From assembly GCF_988243305.1 (NCBI RefSeq), contig NZ_OZ547136.1: 64,000 bases of DNA. One strand, 5' to 3'. Positions 1 to 9,607 of the stretch are shown here, piece after piece. The first letter of the stretch is position 1. Each line of letters starts with the position of its first letter. The notes under the pieces were generated by a model that saw only the letters and a program-made list of their open reading frames with translations, was not told the origin of the DNA and searched no databases. The translations under genes were made by a program, and so were the position numbers.

Positions 1-19
1 ACTACCATTTGTTCTTTTT

Positions 20-733
20 TTAAGCAGTCATCTGATGATATTTTTCCCTGAAGGCTGCCGAGGAGATATTCCCCAGACGAGAGTGACGACGCTGACGATT
101 GTAGAAAATCTCAATGTATTCCCGTATTACTGAGATGGCTTCATCCCGGTTATTAAAACGATAGTGGCTCAGGCTCTCATTTTTCAGCGTTCCCCAGAAG
201 CTTTCCATCGGAGCGTTGTCGTAACAGTTACCTTTACGCGACATTGATGTTTTCAGACCAAACTGCTCCTGTATGACCCGGTAATCGTATGCGCAGTACT
301 GTGAACCTCGATCAGAGTGATGGATTAGCCCGGCAGGTGGGCGCTGGCTCCTGAGCGCCATAAACAGGGCTTTACCTGTCAGCTCTTTTGTCATGTGCTC
401 TCCCATGGCGTAGCCGACAATTTCGCACGTATAAACATCTTTGATGCCAGCGAGGTACAACCATCCCTCCTGTGTGGCAACATACGTCAGGTCCGCCACC
501 CAGACCTGATTTGGTGCTGTAGGAGCGAACGTCTGGTTCAGCAGATTTGGCGCAACTGGCAGATTGTGGTTCGAGTTCGTAGTCGCTCTGAACTTGCGTT
601 TCTGCTTACAGCGTAGCCTTAGCTCCTTACGAAGACGTGCCAGTCGGTCACGACCAACGATGATGCCATTCTCTGCCAGCTCCGTCTGGAGCCGCCGGGT
701 TCCATATGTTTCGCGAGTGCGGATATGTGCCAC
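20..733 (-). CDS. IS3-family transposase OrfB (DDE integrase-core domain); the element is truncated on its orfA side by the adjacent IS1
   Basis: 237-aa ORF with IS3-family OrfB hallmarks (HHSDRGSQY, NAPMESFWGTLK, YNRQRRHSRLG); no intact orfA upstream; IS1 terminus begins 70 bp away. Confidence 0.8.
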   Translation of the reverse strand: MAHIRTRETYGTRRLQTELAENGIIVGRDRLARLRKELRLRCKQKRKFRATTNSNHNLPVAPNLLNQTFAPTAPNQVWVADLTYVATQEGWLYLAGIKDVYTCEIVGYAMGEHMTKELTGKALFMALRSQRPPAGLIHHSDRGSQYCAYDYRVIQEQFGLKTSMSRKGNCYDNAPMESFWGTLKNESLSHYRFNNRDEAISVIREYIEIFYNRQRRHSRLGNISSAAFREKYHQMTA

Positions 734-818
734 CTTAATCTCCAGTTTTAGCCGCTCATCACTTTAGTTTTCTGTCTGAGGGTTCATGCTGTACCCAGTT
801 GTAGGTGATGACTCCAAC

Positions 819-1322
819 TTACTGATAGTGTTTTATGTTCAGATAATGCCCGATGACCTTGTCATGCAGCTCCACCGATTTTGAGAACGACAGTGACTTC
901 CGTCCCAGCCTTGCCAGATGTTGTCTCAGATTCAGATTATGTCGCTCAATGCGCTGAGTGTAACGCTTGCTGATAACGTGCAGCTTTCCCTTCAGGCGTG
1001 ATTCATACAGCGGCCAGCCATCCGTCATCCATACCACGACCTCAAAGGCCGACAGCAGGCTCAGAAGACGCTCCAGTGTGGCCAGAGTGCGTTCACCGAA
1101 GACGTGCGCCACAACCGTCCTCCGTATCCTGTCATACGCGTAAAACAGCCAGCGCTGACGTGATTTAGCACCGACGTAGCCCCACTGTTCGTCCATTTCA
1201 GCGCAGACAATCACATCACTGCCCGGTTGTATGCGCGAGGTTACCGACTGCGGCCTGAGTTTTTTAAGTGACGTAAAACCGTGTTGAGGCCAACGCCCAT
1301 AATGCGTGCACTGGCGCGACAT
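819..1322 (-). CDS. insB: IS1 transposase InsB
   Basis: 167-aa ORF matching IS1 InsB as recalled ([92 protein letters not shown]). Confidence 0.9.
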   Translation of the reverse strand: MSRQCTHYGRWPQHGFTSLKKLRPQSVTSRIQPGSDVIVCAEMDEQWGYVGAKSRQRWLFYAYDRIRRTVVAHVFGERTLATLERLLSLLSAFEVVVWMTDGWPLYESRLKGKLHVISKRYTQRIERHNLNLRQHLARLGRKSLSFSKSVELHDKVIGHYLNIKHYQ

Positions 1323-1516
1323 CCGACGCCATTCATGGCCATATCAATGATTTTCTGGTGCTTACCGGGCTGAGAGGCGGTGTAAGTGAACTGTAGTTGC
1401 CATGTTTTACGGCAAGGAGAGCAGAGATAGCGCTGATGTCCGGCAGTGCTTTTGCCGTTACGCACCACGCCTTCAGTAGCGGAGCAGGAAGGACATCTGA
1501 TGGAAATGGAAGCCAC
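1241..1516 (-). CDS. insA: IS1 InsA
   Basis: 91-aa [46 protein letters not shown], the expected InsA. Confidence 0.9.
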   Translation of the reverse strand: MASISIRCPSCSATEGVVRNGKSTAGHQRYLCSPCRKTWQLQFTYTASQPGKHQKIIDMAMNGVGCRASARIMGVGLNTVLRHLKNSGRSR

Positions 1517-1753
1517 GCAAGCACCTTAAAATCACCATCATACACTAAATCAGTAAGTTGGCAGCATTACCAGAAAATGATAAGGTAAACATTGAAAAGC
1601 AGCCGACTGATGACTGTTTTTTATAGTTGCATTTTTATTTTTTGTTATTTTCATTTATATTCCCTTACTTGTCGTTTAAAATTCTTCTATATAACAGGAA
1701 GAGGTAACCATAGAATGAACGTTTATTTTCCTGTATCAGAACAGCCATAACTT

Positions 1754-2224
1754 TTATTTTATAGTTGTTATCAGTGAATGAATGCAACCTAATAGAACAA
1801 TGAGGAAAACAATGGAGAAAAAGCGACGGACCGGACGCCATAGTTCATATTCTCGTGTATCAGCCTCACGTATCAACCTTTCTGAAATGGTTTCGGTTTC
1901 TTTTCCTCGCACCAGAATATGTCTGTAATATTTCCTCATGACATATACCGAAAACTGAAACCAGATTAATATGGATGGACACACAACACATAAACTTCTG
2001 ATGATATCACCCGGGAAAGTATCTTGGGCGGGTAAAAGAAAGTCATATACTCTGGATAAAATCATCATCGAGATAAATGAGACGCCAGCACCTATCCAGT
2101 ATTCGATATGAGAAGATGCTGCATTATATGCGTCAGTAAAATTTTTCTTTCTTAATGAAGGTGGAAGTGCTGAAAGTTCAGGAATACGTTTTCTTGTCCA
2201 GTATATTTTCATATAGTAACTCAT
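1754..2224 (-). CDS. hypothetical membrane protein in AT-rich island DNA
   Basis: 156-aa ORF with several hydrophobic stretches; no family recognised. Confidence 0.3.
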   Translation of the reverse strand: MSYYMKIYWTRKRIPELSALPPSLRKKNFTDAYNAASSHIEYWIGAGVSFISMMILSRVYDFLLPAQDTFPGDIIRSLCVVCPSILIWFQFSVYVMRKYYRHILVRGKETETISERLIREADTREYELWRPVRRFFSIVFLIVLLGCIHSLITTIK

Positions 2225-2669
2225 ATAAAAAGTGTTCTACTTTACTATGATGATGACGATTTATAAAAGGCTTATAATGACTACTTCTCCTTTCATTCTC
2301 GAATTTCACGATAATGATAGAGATAATCATTATCAATTGATAGTATCAGTAATTTTGACTTACATCACACTTTCATGGTTTAATCAGGTGATTGATTTAA
2401 TGAAAAGAGTGTGTTTGTGGATGTATTGTGTATATGTCTTACCGGGCATCTGTTCTTACATTAATTAATATATTGCTATTTAAGTATTGGTAGTATTGTC
2501 AGTAACATTCTTTTGGTTAATTTAGTTATTATTCCTCACTGATTAATTGTCCTTCCGTTCTTATTGTTTGTAACTTGTGTTTGTATCGTACCTTTCAGGT
2601 GTTGATGCGCGCTTTACTGTGTCTGCACCGGCTTGACAAAATTCAACAGGGGTTGAAAAGGAACATTTC

Positions 2670-3179
2670 GTGCAAATAACCGAAGCCTTAATTTCAGAGC
2701 CGGGGGAAATCCGGCGTTTTGTTCAGCAGGCGGTGGACCACTGGCCAAATCTGTTGGCATTTCACTTCACGCTCTATTCGGCAGAAGGAATCTATGGTCA
2801 ACAGATTCAGACATTTTGTAGTTCCTTTCACCGACGGGTACACGAACGTATTACGGAGCATAATCACACGGTCAGCCCATCAGCGCCGGTGGTATTACGC
2901 TGGTTGCGGGAACAACATGAAGGAGCACAGATACGATGTCTGTTGCTGCTCAGCCAGACGAGTATTTGCCATCCGCGAGTCGGCGTCATGGCTGATGAAG
3001 AATGTGCGCAACTGGTGGATTTACTGCAACAGACCTGGTCGGTGATAAGTGCTGGCGGACAATGCCGGGTGGAAAGATGTTTTCGGGTTGCCCGGCTTGG
3101 TTCATCAGGGCAATACGTGGCGTTAAAAACGGCTGTTCAGTCCTTTATGTCGCAGGTTATTGCAACAATCATCCGGTGA
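2670..3179 (+). CDS. hypothetical island protein
   Basis: 169-aa ORF with normal codon composition; may be the N-terminal part of a gene broken before ORF 3232..3891. Confidence 0.35.
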   Translation: MQITEALISEPGEIRRFVQQAVDHWPNLLAFHFTLYSAEGIYGQQIQTFCSSFHRRVHERITEHNHTVSPSAPVVLRWLREQHEGAQIRCLLLLSQTSICHPRVGVMADEECAQLVDLLQQTWSVISAGGQCRVERCFRVARLGSSGQYVALKTAVQSFMSQVIATIIR

Positions 3180-3231
3180 TTGTCGGGAGGAATATCAATG
3201 CTTCCGTTAATTTTTACTGGCTGATAAAGTT

Positions 3232-3891
3232 TTGTCTGCTGAATCTTTATACGGAATTCCTTTCAGTATGCGTACACGAATTGACTATCTGGCGGATAAA
3301 TACTGTTTTACAGAACGGAACGAATCCCCCCGTCTTCGCCGGCAGTGGCAGGATGTTCTGGAGGAGTGCCGGCAGACAGAGGCCGGGCCAGAAGAACGGT
3401 TGCGTATTGCACTGCTGAATGTGGATTACGTCACCAGTTTTGAACTGCCTTTTCGCTTGCTGCTTACCCGTACACCGCAATTGATTGCCGCGCTGCGTGA
3501 AGAATGGGGCATCAGCCAGAAAAATGTGGTGTTTAACGATAAACGGTTTGGCTGCGTGTACAGCCTGAAGGCCAGCCTTTCTGGTGTGCCGGATACATAC
3601 CGGTATCATCTGTCTCACCGTATTCGTCGCGTGGTTGGGAATGAAAACACATCATTGCCATATCAGCAGGTTGCCCGGGAAGTGAAAGCGCCCCGTGAAC
3701 GGCTGAAGTATGCACTGGAGGCGGGTTTGCTGGTGACTGCACTGGACGGCCTGTTCTGGTTTGGCAGTCAGCGTATTGCGGCTGATGTTCTGAGGCTGAG
3801 AAAGGCCGGAATGCCGGTGGTGACCACGACCGTGGAGGTGCACGATAACCTGACGGGAACAACCCGCAAAGTACCGGCATACCATCTCTGA
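3232..3891 (+). CDS. hypothetical island protein
   Basis: 219-aa ORF, GC-normal; no family recognised. Confidence 0.4.
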   Translation: MSAESLYGIPFSMRTRIDYLADKYCFTERNESPRLRRQWQDVLEECRQTEAGPEERLRIALLNVDYVTSFELPFRLLLTRTPQLIAALREEWGISQKNVVFNDKRFGCVYSLKASLSGVPDTYRYHLSHRIRRVVGNENTSLPYQQVAREVKAPRERLKYALEAGLLVTALDGLFWFGSQRIAADVLRLRKAGMPVVTTTVEVHDNLTGTTRKVPAYHL

Positions 3892-3986
3892 TACAACCAT
3901 CAGGGGGAATATTGCTCTGGCAGCAGCAGTATGACATTCTTTATACTTTATCCCCGTGCCTGAAAACATGTGCTAAGGAAACGGGA

Positions 3987-4220
3987 ATGGCAAGGTCCGA
4001 TTATGATATTATCAATCTGTCTCTGGAACATGAACTGAATGAGTGGCTGGCAGAGAGAGGTTATGCCGGACTGGTGGATAACCGGAATCGCCTGGCAGAA
4101 GTTGTTACCCGCAAATTGCAGGACAGCTTTTATATAAACGTTTCCAGGGATGCGCTGAACACGGCATACAGTGAACACCCGGAGTGGTTTTCTGGGCTTG
4201 TCTCCGGGGATGAGAATTAA
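3987..4220 (+). CDS. small hypothetical protein
   Basis: Internal ATG (MARSDYDIINL) preceded by aaggaaa Shine-Dalgarno; 77 aa. Confidence 0.35.
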   Translation: MARSDYDIINLSLEHELNEWLAERGYAGLVDNRNRLAEVVTRKLQDSFYINVSRDALNTAYSEHPEWFSGLVSGDEN

Positions 4221-4272
4221 TAAGTGGATTATGCTGCTATCAGGTAGTGTGATTGCCGGCAGGGATTTCGTT

Positions 4273-4464
4273 TTATTCTGTTTCTTCCCGGGGTTCGGGT
4301 TTGAATTTTCCCAGAAAGTTGTACATCGGTTGCATGCAGGGATGCGGATAGCCGTCCCGCATAAACACCACCCGGGTTTCCTCAACACTGGTCAGGGTGA
4401 CAAGCGCACCATGATCGTCTTTGTATCGCTGATTGACTTTCGGTAATGGAACATCTTCTGACAT
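4273..4464 (-). CDS. small hypothetical protein
   Basis: 63-aa ORF; no family recognised. Confidence 0.25.
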   Translation of the reverse strand: MSEDVPLPKVNQRYKDDHGALVTLTSVEETRVVFMRDGYPHPCMQPMYNFLGKFKPEPREETE

Positions 4465-5051
4465 AAATTTTAGTACGGTAACAGTTAACTAAATTTTCAT
4501 GTGGTAGCACTGAATCAGGAGACTGCGTTTCCTGATGTGCGCTGTTAATTTTCTGTTTTTACGAAACATTTTCCCCTTCTTCCTGTGTATTTTATTGCGC
4601 TCCTCCTTTCATGTCCTTCCCATATCCTGAAACTCACTTAAATACTGTTGAATCGTCAAACATTGCAACTTTCAATGACTGAAATCAAAAATTGCTATTT
4701 TTTAAGCTAACCAACTGTATTAAAAGCATTCAGTGGAATAATTTTCTGCACTTTTCCAGTAATTATGGTTATAAATTTTGTAATGTGCTGTTTTTGCGAT
4801 ATATGGCAGAATAAAGAACTGTTCATTTGTGTTATATCGATCGATAAATCTGTCATGTTGCTGTAGTTCAGATCATTATTCTATAATGATCAAAATTAAG
4901 TCAATTCTGGCTGGTTTGTTACTCAGCATTCTGGTACCGGTTGATGCGGGTAAATACCGGAAGGGCGGTAGCGTGCCATCGCAAAACATGGTGGGAGGTA
5001 TCGTCAGGAGGCTGGTGATTGTTGGTATGACATGAATAAAAGGTTTTTCGT

Positions 5052-6185
5052 TTGACTGGAAAATTATGTTGCAGGAACGAGAGGACTGAGGAACAAAGCT
5101 TATTCCGGCGCTGTCCGTCCTTGCTGTCACTGACACTGATGTCTGCTTTATTATCGCCTTTATCTCTTCAGGCAGCGGATGTCCGGCGTAGCGGAGATGA
5201 AGCATTTATCATTCAGCAGCAGCGTCAGGAAGCCCTTGAGCAACAACTGACGCCTTCAGCCCCTGATGTTCGCCTTTCTGCACCTGGCTCTTTTGCCCAT
5301 AAGATTAATTTTCCTGTTGAAACGCCCTGTTTTCAGATTAAACAGACGGAACTGAAGGGGGCTGATGCGTTACCACACTGGCTGCCTTTACAAAAAATCG
5401 CCAACGGGGCGGTCGGGCATTGCCTGGGGGCGAAAGGAATTAATCTGCTGATGAGTACATTGCAGAACCGTCTGGTCGATCATGGTTATGTCACCACCCG
5501 TGTTCTGGCACCTTCGCAGGATTTAAAAAGCGGTATCCTCCGGCTGGTCATTATTCCCGGTGTTGTGCGACATGTGCGTCTGACACCGGACAGTGATGAC
5601 TATATTCAGTTGTATTCCTCATTCCCGGCACACGAAGGTTCTCTGCTGGATTTACGGGACATTGAGCAGGGGCTGGATTTAGGTAACAGCCGGATACAGG
5701 GACAACATACTGAGCTGAATGCAACCAGTGGAAATCTGTCTACACAGAATGCGCAACTGAGTGCCGGTACGCTTTCCGCCCGGACTGCCGGGCAGTTCAG
5801 CAGTAATGGCGGTACGATAAATGCCGACACACTGCAGATATCGGCACAAAGCCTGTCAAATCGTAAAGGCAGTCTGATTCAGACGGGAACAGGGGATTTT
5901 TCGCTGAGTCTGCCGGGAAGCGTGGATAACCGGGAAGGGCTGCTTGCGGCAAATGGCGCGGTGCGTCTGGATGCACTGAGCCTTGATAATCGCAAGGGGA
6001 AAGTGCAGGCGGAGCAGTCACCCTCCCTTCAGAAATCCCCGCCCACGTTTCTGAAACCGTTTGTGGCTGGTGTCTGTGCGGCATTGCTGGCGGTCAGCGT
6101 GGCTATTCCGGGATGGCAGTTTCTGACACAGCCATCACCGGAGGAGCAGCATTTTACCTGGGGGAATGGTTGTAAAAAGCAGTGA
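5052..6185 (+). pseudogene. Two-partner-secretion remnant: TpsB (CdiB/ShlB/FhaC-like) N-terminal POTRA-like segment fused in frame to a hemagglutinin-type repeat fragment (CdiA/TpsA-like); far shorter than an intact TpsB or TpsA
   Basis: N-terminal part resembles TpsB transporters ([27 protein letters not shown]); C-terminal part is Ser/Gly/Asn/Leu-rich repeat text typical of filamentous hemagglutinin/CdiA; 377 aa total. Confidence 0.5.
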
Positions 6186-6425
6186 AAACAGTAAATACAG
6201 AGTATCGTGATGAATTAGTGCTCAGGGGCTACCAGTATTCAATAACCAGCGTATCGGCATCGCATTCCTGTAATTCTGGTATTGACTGTTATGACTAAAT
6301 TCAATGTATATATGGCAGGCAGAAATATGTTAACAGTCCCGGAGTTGTGGAAAATCCTCCGGAGCTAATATCGGGAGTGCCTTAACAATTTTCCGTAAGT
6401 TAAATGATAATTTCTGAGTGAGAAT

Positions 6426-9107
6426 ATGGTCACGATTTGTGTTGACGGTGAAAATAAGACTCATAAAATTACCGACTGGACGCTGTGGGCTGGAAATGAC
6501 GACAGAGAGGTTATGCTGACCTGTCATTTTCGCAGCGGGAGAAAATATACTCGTCCGCTTTCTGTATGTCAGATAACGCCAACTGTAAATTTGCGAAATG
6601 TTTTCCTCGAAAGGAAAGGGAACGCTGTAACATCCCGGGCTGAACTGGTTATTATATATGGTGATAAATATGCTGCTGTTTATTACCGCGAGGGTGAACG
6701 ACCCTACATCATGAAAACGACCGGCCTTGACTTTCAACAGTGTTCAGCATTTACAGAGCATGCCGTGTTTAATTACTTGTGTAGGGTGGCTAATGAACGT
6801 ATTTTTTATGCCCGTGGTAATAACAGAAATATCGATGAGAATATCCTTAGGCAGATAAAGAAAATAGTTCCTCATCCGGATACCGCCTTGCATGCATACT
6901 GTTCAGGACAGAGTAAAAAACGTGATTCGCCATGGGGTTTGATTTTTCCGTTTGGTCTTAATGAAAGTCAGTTGCTGGCTGTCAAACGGGCATTTTCCTC
7001 ACAGATTTCAGTTATTGAAGGACCACCTGGAACAGGTAAAACACAGACTATACTCAATATTGTTGCTAATATATTAATTCAGAATAAAACAGTGGCAATT
7101 TTGTCCAATAATAACTCAGCTGTCAGTAATGTTTATGAAAAGATGGACAAACAGCAACTGGGATATGTGATGGCACGACTGGGGAGTACGGAGAACAGGC
7201 AACAGTTTTTTTCAACGTCGATTTCGCGTTCTGAGGAAGTCTTACCTGACTCACCGTCTGCAAATGCGATTGATGATGTACTTCAACAAGTGAAAAAACA
7301 CCTGAATGCCATTAACCAGGTCGCTTCGTTAAAAGCAGAAATTAATGAGCTGAATATTGAGTATAAATACCTGCAGCAATGGCAGAGTCAGAATCTTCGA
7401 CCGGAGGAGCTTTTTTCTCACAAATACCGATTTTCCTCACAAAAAACAACCGACCTGATGGCTTATATTCATTACCTTTCTGACAGGCGGATTGGATTCA
7501 GAAACAGAATTGATTTGTTGTTAAACTTCATGATACTGAAAGTCAAACCATTGATGATTCCGGAGAGAAGGCTGGCGCTATTTACTTCTCTTCAGCTTTC
7601 TTATTATGAAAAAAATATCCGGGAAAAACAAATTTCTCTGAATGAATATGAGGAAGTATTTAAAAAATCTGATTTTAAAATTTTACTGGGGCGCCTGACA
7701 TCATGGTCTATGCTTTATTTAAAGCAACATCTGCGAAGAAATGTTTCAACAAGAAGTTCATTCTCGGCAGAGACATACAGGGATGAATTTGACCGTTTTA
7801 TAAAGCGTTTTCCGATTATTGGTAGCAGTACGCATTCGATTATTAACTCTATCGGCAAGGGGGCCCTTCTTGATTATGTTATTATTGATGAAGCCTCGCA
7901 GCAGGATATTGTTCCGGGCATTCTGGGACTGGGATGTGCCCGTAATGTAATCGTTGTAGGGGATCGTAAGCAACTTCCACATGTTCCTGTATTACTCCCG
8001 AACAGCCCATCTCCACCGGCAGAATACTATAATTGTGAGAAATATAGTCTACTTGATTCGGTTTGTATGTTGTTCAGGAACATGGTGCCAGTAACCCTTC
8101 TTAAAGAGCATTATCGTTGTCATCCTAAAATCATTCAATTTTGTAATAAGCAGTTTTATGATAATGCTCTGATACCGTTAACGGTTGATTCCGGTGAAGC
8201 CTCATTATCTCTGGTCATCACGGCAAAAGGAAACCATACCCGTAATTTTTCAAATCTCAGGGAGCTTGAATCTCTGGAAGGTCATTACTGGGATGAAGAA
8301 AGTAGCAGGGGATACATTGCCCCATATAATGCACAGGTTAATCTGGCTGAAAAAGTGCTGCCTGCTGATTTTGTGAAATCGACGGTGCATAAATTTCAGG
8401 GACGGGAGTGCGATGAAATTGTGTTTTCCACTGTGCTGGATAAGAAGCGCAGCAGCCAGCACAGTCGGAACATCGCGTTTGTTGATAATCCTGAACTGGT
8501 GAATGTCGCTGTTTCAAGGGCCCGAAATAAATTTACGCTGGTGACTGGTAATGATGTATTTGAACGCCACGCTGGACATATTGCGGCGCTGATTCGTTAC
8601 ATCAAATACTACGCTGATGACGGAGAGATTTTCGAGAGCCCGGTCATATCAGCATTTGATTTGCTGTACAGTGAGTATGACAAATCACTGGAACGACTGA
8701 ATAGTAGATTGAATTCAAATGATTCACACTTTAAGTCAGAACAGATTGTGGCCTGCCTGTTGCGGGATATCCTGTCGCAGGATAGTTATCGGAGTATGAT
8801 GTTTCATTCACAAATAGCGCTGAATCAGTTGGTGTTGCTGGAGCGGGGGGATTTTACACACCGTGAACAGTTATTCATGCGTAACCGGGCCAGTTGTGAC
8901 TTTGTTGTTTACTATAAGGTCGGGAAGACTCCATTAGGGGTTATTGAAGTGGATGGAGGTTATCATCTGACCAGTGTTCAGGCTGAACGTGATGAACTTA
9001 AAAACAGTATACTGAAGAAATGCGGCCTGCCATTGCTAAGATTACGTACTATAGACAGTGATATAGAAGGGAAGTTGGGAGCGTTTCTGTCAGGCCTGAC
9101 AGGCTAA
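6426..9107 (+). CDS. Superfamily-1 (Upf1/DNA2-like, AAA_11/AAA_12 type) helicase with unknown ~170-aa N-terminal domain and a C-terminal restriction-endonuclease-like domain; candidate phage-defence helicase-nuclease
   Basis: Walker A GPPGTGKT (nt 7020..7043), Walker B VIIDEASQ, helicase motifs VVGDRKQLPHV, KFQGRECDEIVFS, VAVSRARNKFTLV; C-terminal CDFVVYY...IEVDGGYH...ERDELK resembles a PD-(D/E)xK-type fold. Confidence 0.8.
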   Translation: MVTICVDGENKTHKITDWTLWAGNDDREVMLTCHFRSGRKYTRPLSVCQITPTVNLRNVFLERKGNAVTSRAELVIIYGDKYAAVYYREGERPYIMKTTGLDFQQCSAFTEHAVFNYLCRVANERIFYARGNNRNIDENILRQIKKIVPHPDTALHAYCSGQSKKRDSPWGLIFPFGLNESQLLAVKRAFSSQISVIEGPPGTGKTQTILNIVANILIQNKTVAILSNNNSAVSNVYEKMDKQQLGYVMARLGSTENRQQFFSTSISRSEEVLPDSPSANAIDDVLQQVKKHLNAINQVASLKAEINELNIEYKYLQQWQSQNLRPEELFSHKYRFSSQKTTDLMAYIHYLSDRRIGFRNRIDLLLNFMILKVKPLMIPERRLALFTSLQLSYYEKNIREKQISLNEYEEVFKKSDFKILLGRLTSWSMLYLKQHLRRNVSTRSSFSAETYRDEFDRFIKRFPIIGSSTHSIINSIGKGALLDYVIIDEASQQDIVPGILGLGCARNVIVVGDRKQLPHVPVLLPNSPSPPAEYYNCEKYSLLDSVCMLFRNMVPVTLLKEHYRCHPKIIQFCNKQFYDNALIPLTVDSGEASLSLVITAKGNHTRNFSNLRELESLEGHYWDEESSRGYIAPYNAQVNLAEKVLPADFVKSTVHKFQGRECDEIVFSTVLDKKRSSQHSRNIAFVDNPELVNVAVSRARNKFTLVTGNDVFERHAGHIAALIRYIKYYADDGEIFESPVISAFDLLYSEYDKSLERLNSRLNSNDSHFKSEQIVACLLRDILSQDSYRSMMFHSQIALNQLVLLERGDFTHREQLFMRNRASCDFVVYYKVGKTPLGVIEVDGGYHLTSVQAERDELKNSILKKCGLPLLRLRTIDSDIEGKLGAFLSGLTG

Positions 9108-9607
9108 AATCTGAATAAAAAATATTGCAGCGGGAGGTCTCAAACCTGATTTGGTCATGTGCCACACACAATTGTACGAACCCCATGGACACAGGCTTCT
9201 TTGTTTTGGTTACATCAACGTACGTATTCCTGATACATATAAAAATAAGTGCTATTGCTCAAAGCTAACAGGGAATGTTTCTGTTGAATAATTCCTTAGT
9301 GAATAAACTTTATCAGGGGGTAATTCTATTACAGTGAATACTTCCTGCAAAATGATATTTGAATTGTTCACCATCTGCATCATATTTTCTTATTTACAAG
9401 TTGAAAGGATAGTATATGTTGAAAATGCATGGATTTTCCAGATGTGTTACCAGTAAGAAGCAGGTGGATAAAGGATGTGATAACAAATCCAACAACCAGG
9501 TTAATATCTGAAGATTTTTGTTGTTATTATTTATCCCCAAAGCGGTGAGTTATTAATGAAGTTTGCCTGAATGTATAAACAGAATTATTCGACATAAAGC
9601 CAGGAAA

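Larger units (their letters stand above)
804..1571 (-). mobile_element. IS1: IS1 insertion sequence, complete 768 bp copy
   Basis: Both terminal inverted repeats recognised (ggtgatgactccaacttactgat at 804; atcagtaagttggcagcattacc ending at 1571); contains insA and insB. Confidence 0.9.

Noticed and set aside
3002-3418. 138-aa ORF bridging the gap between ORFs 2670..3179 and 3232..3891
   Set aside because: Low-complexity Cys/Gly-rich translation overlapping both neighbours; more likely a frame artefact, though a frameshifted single gene across 2670..3891 is not excluded.
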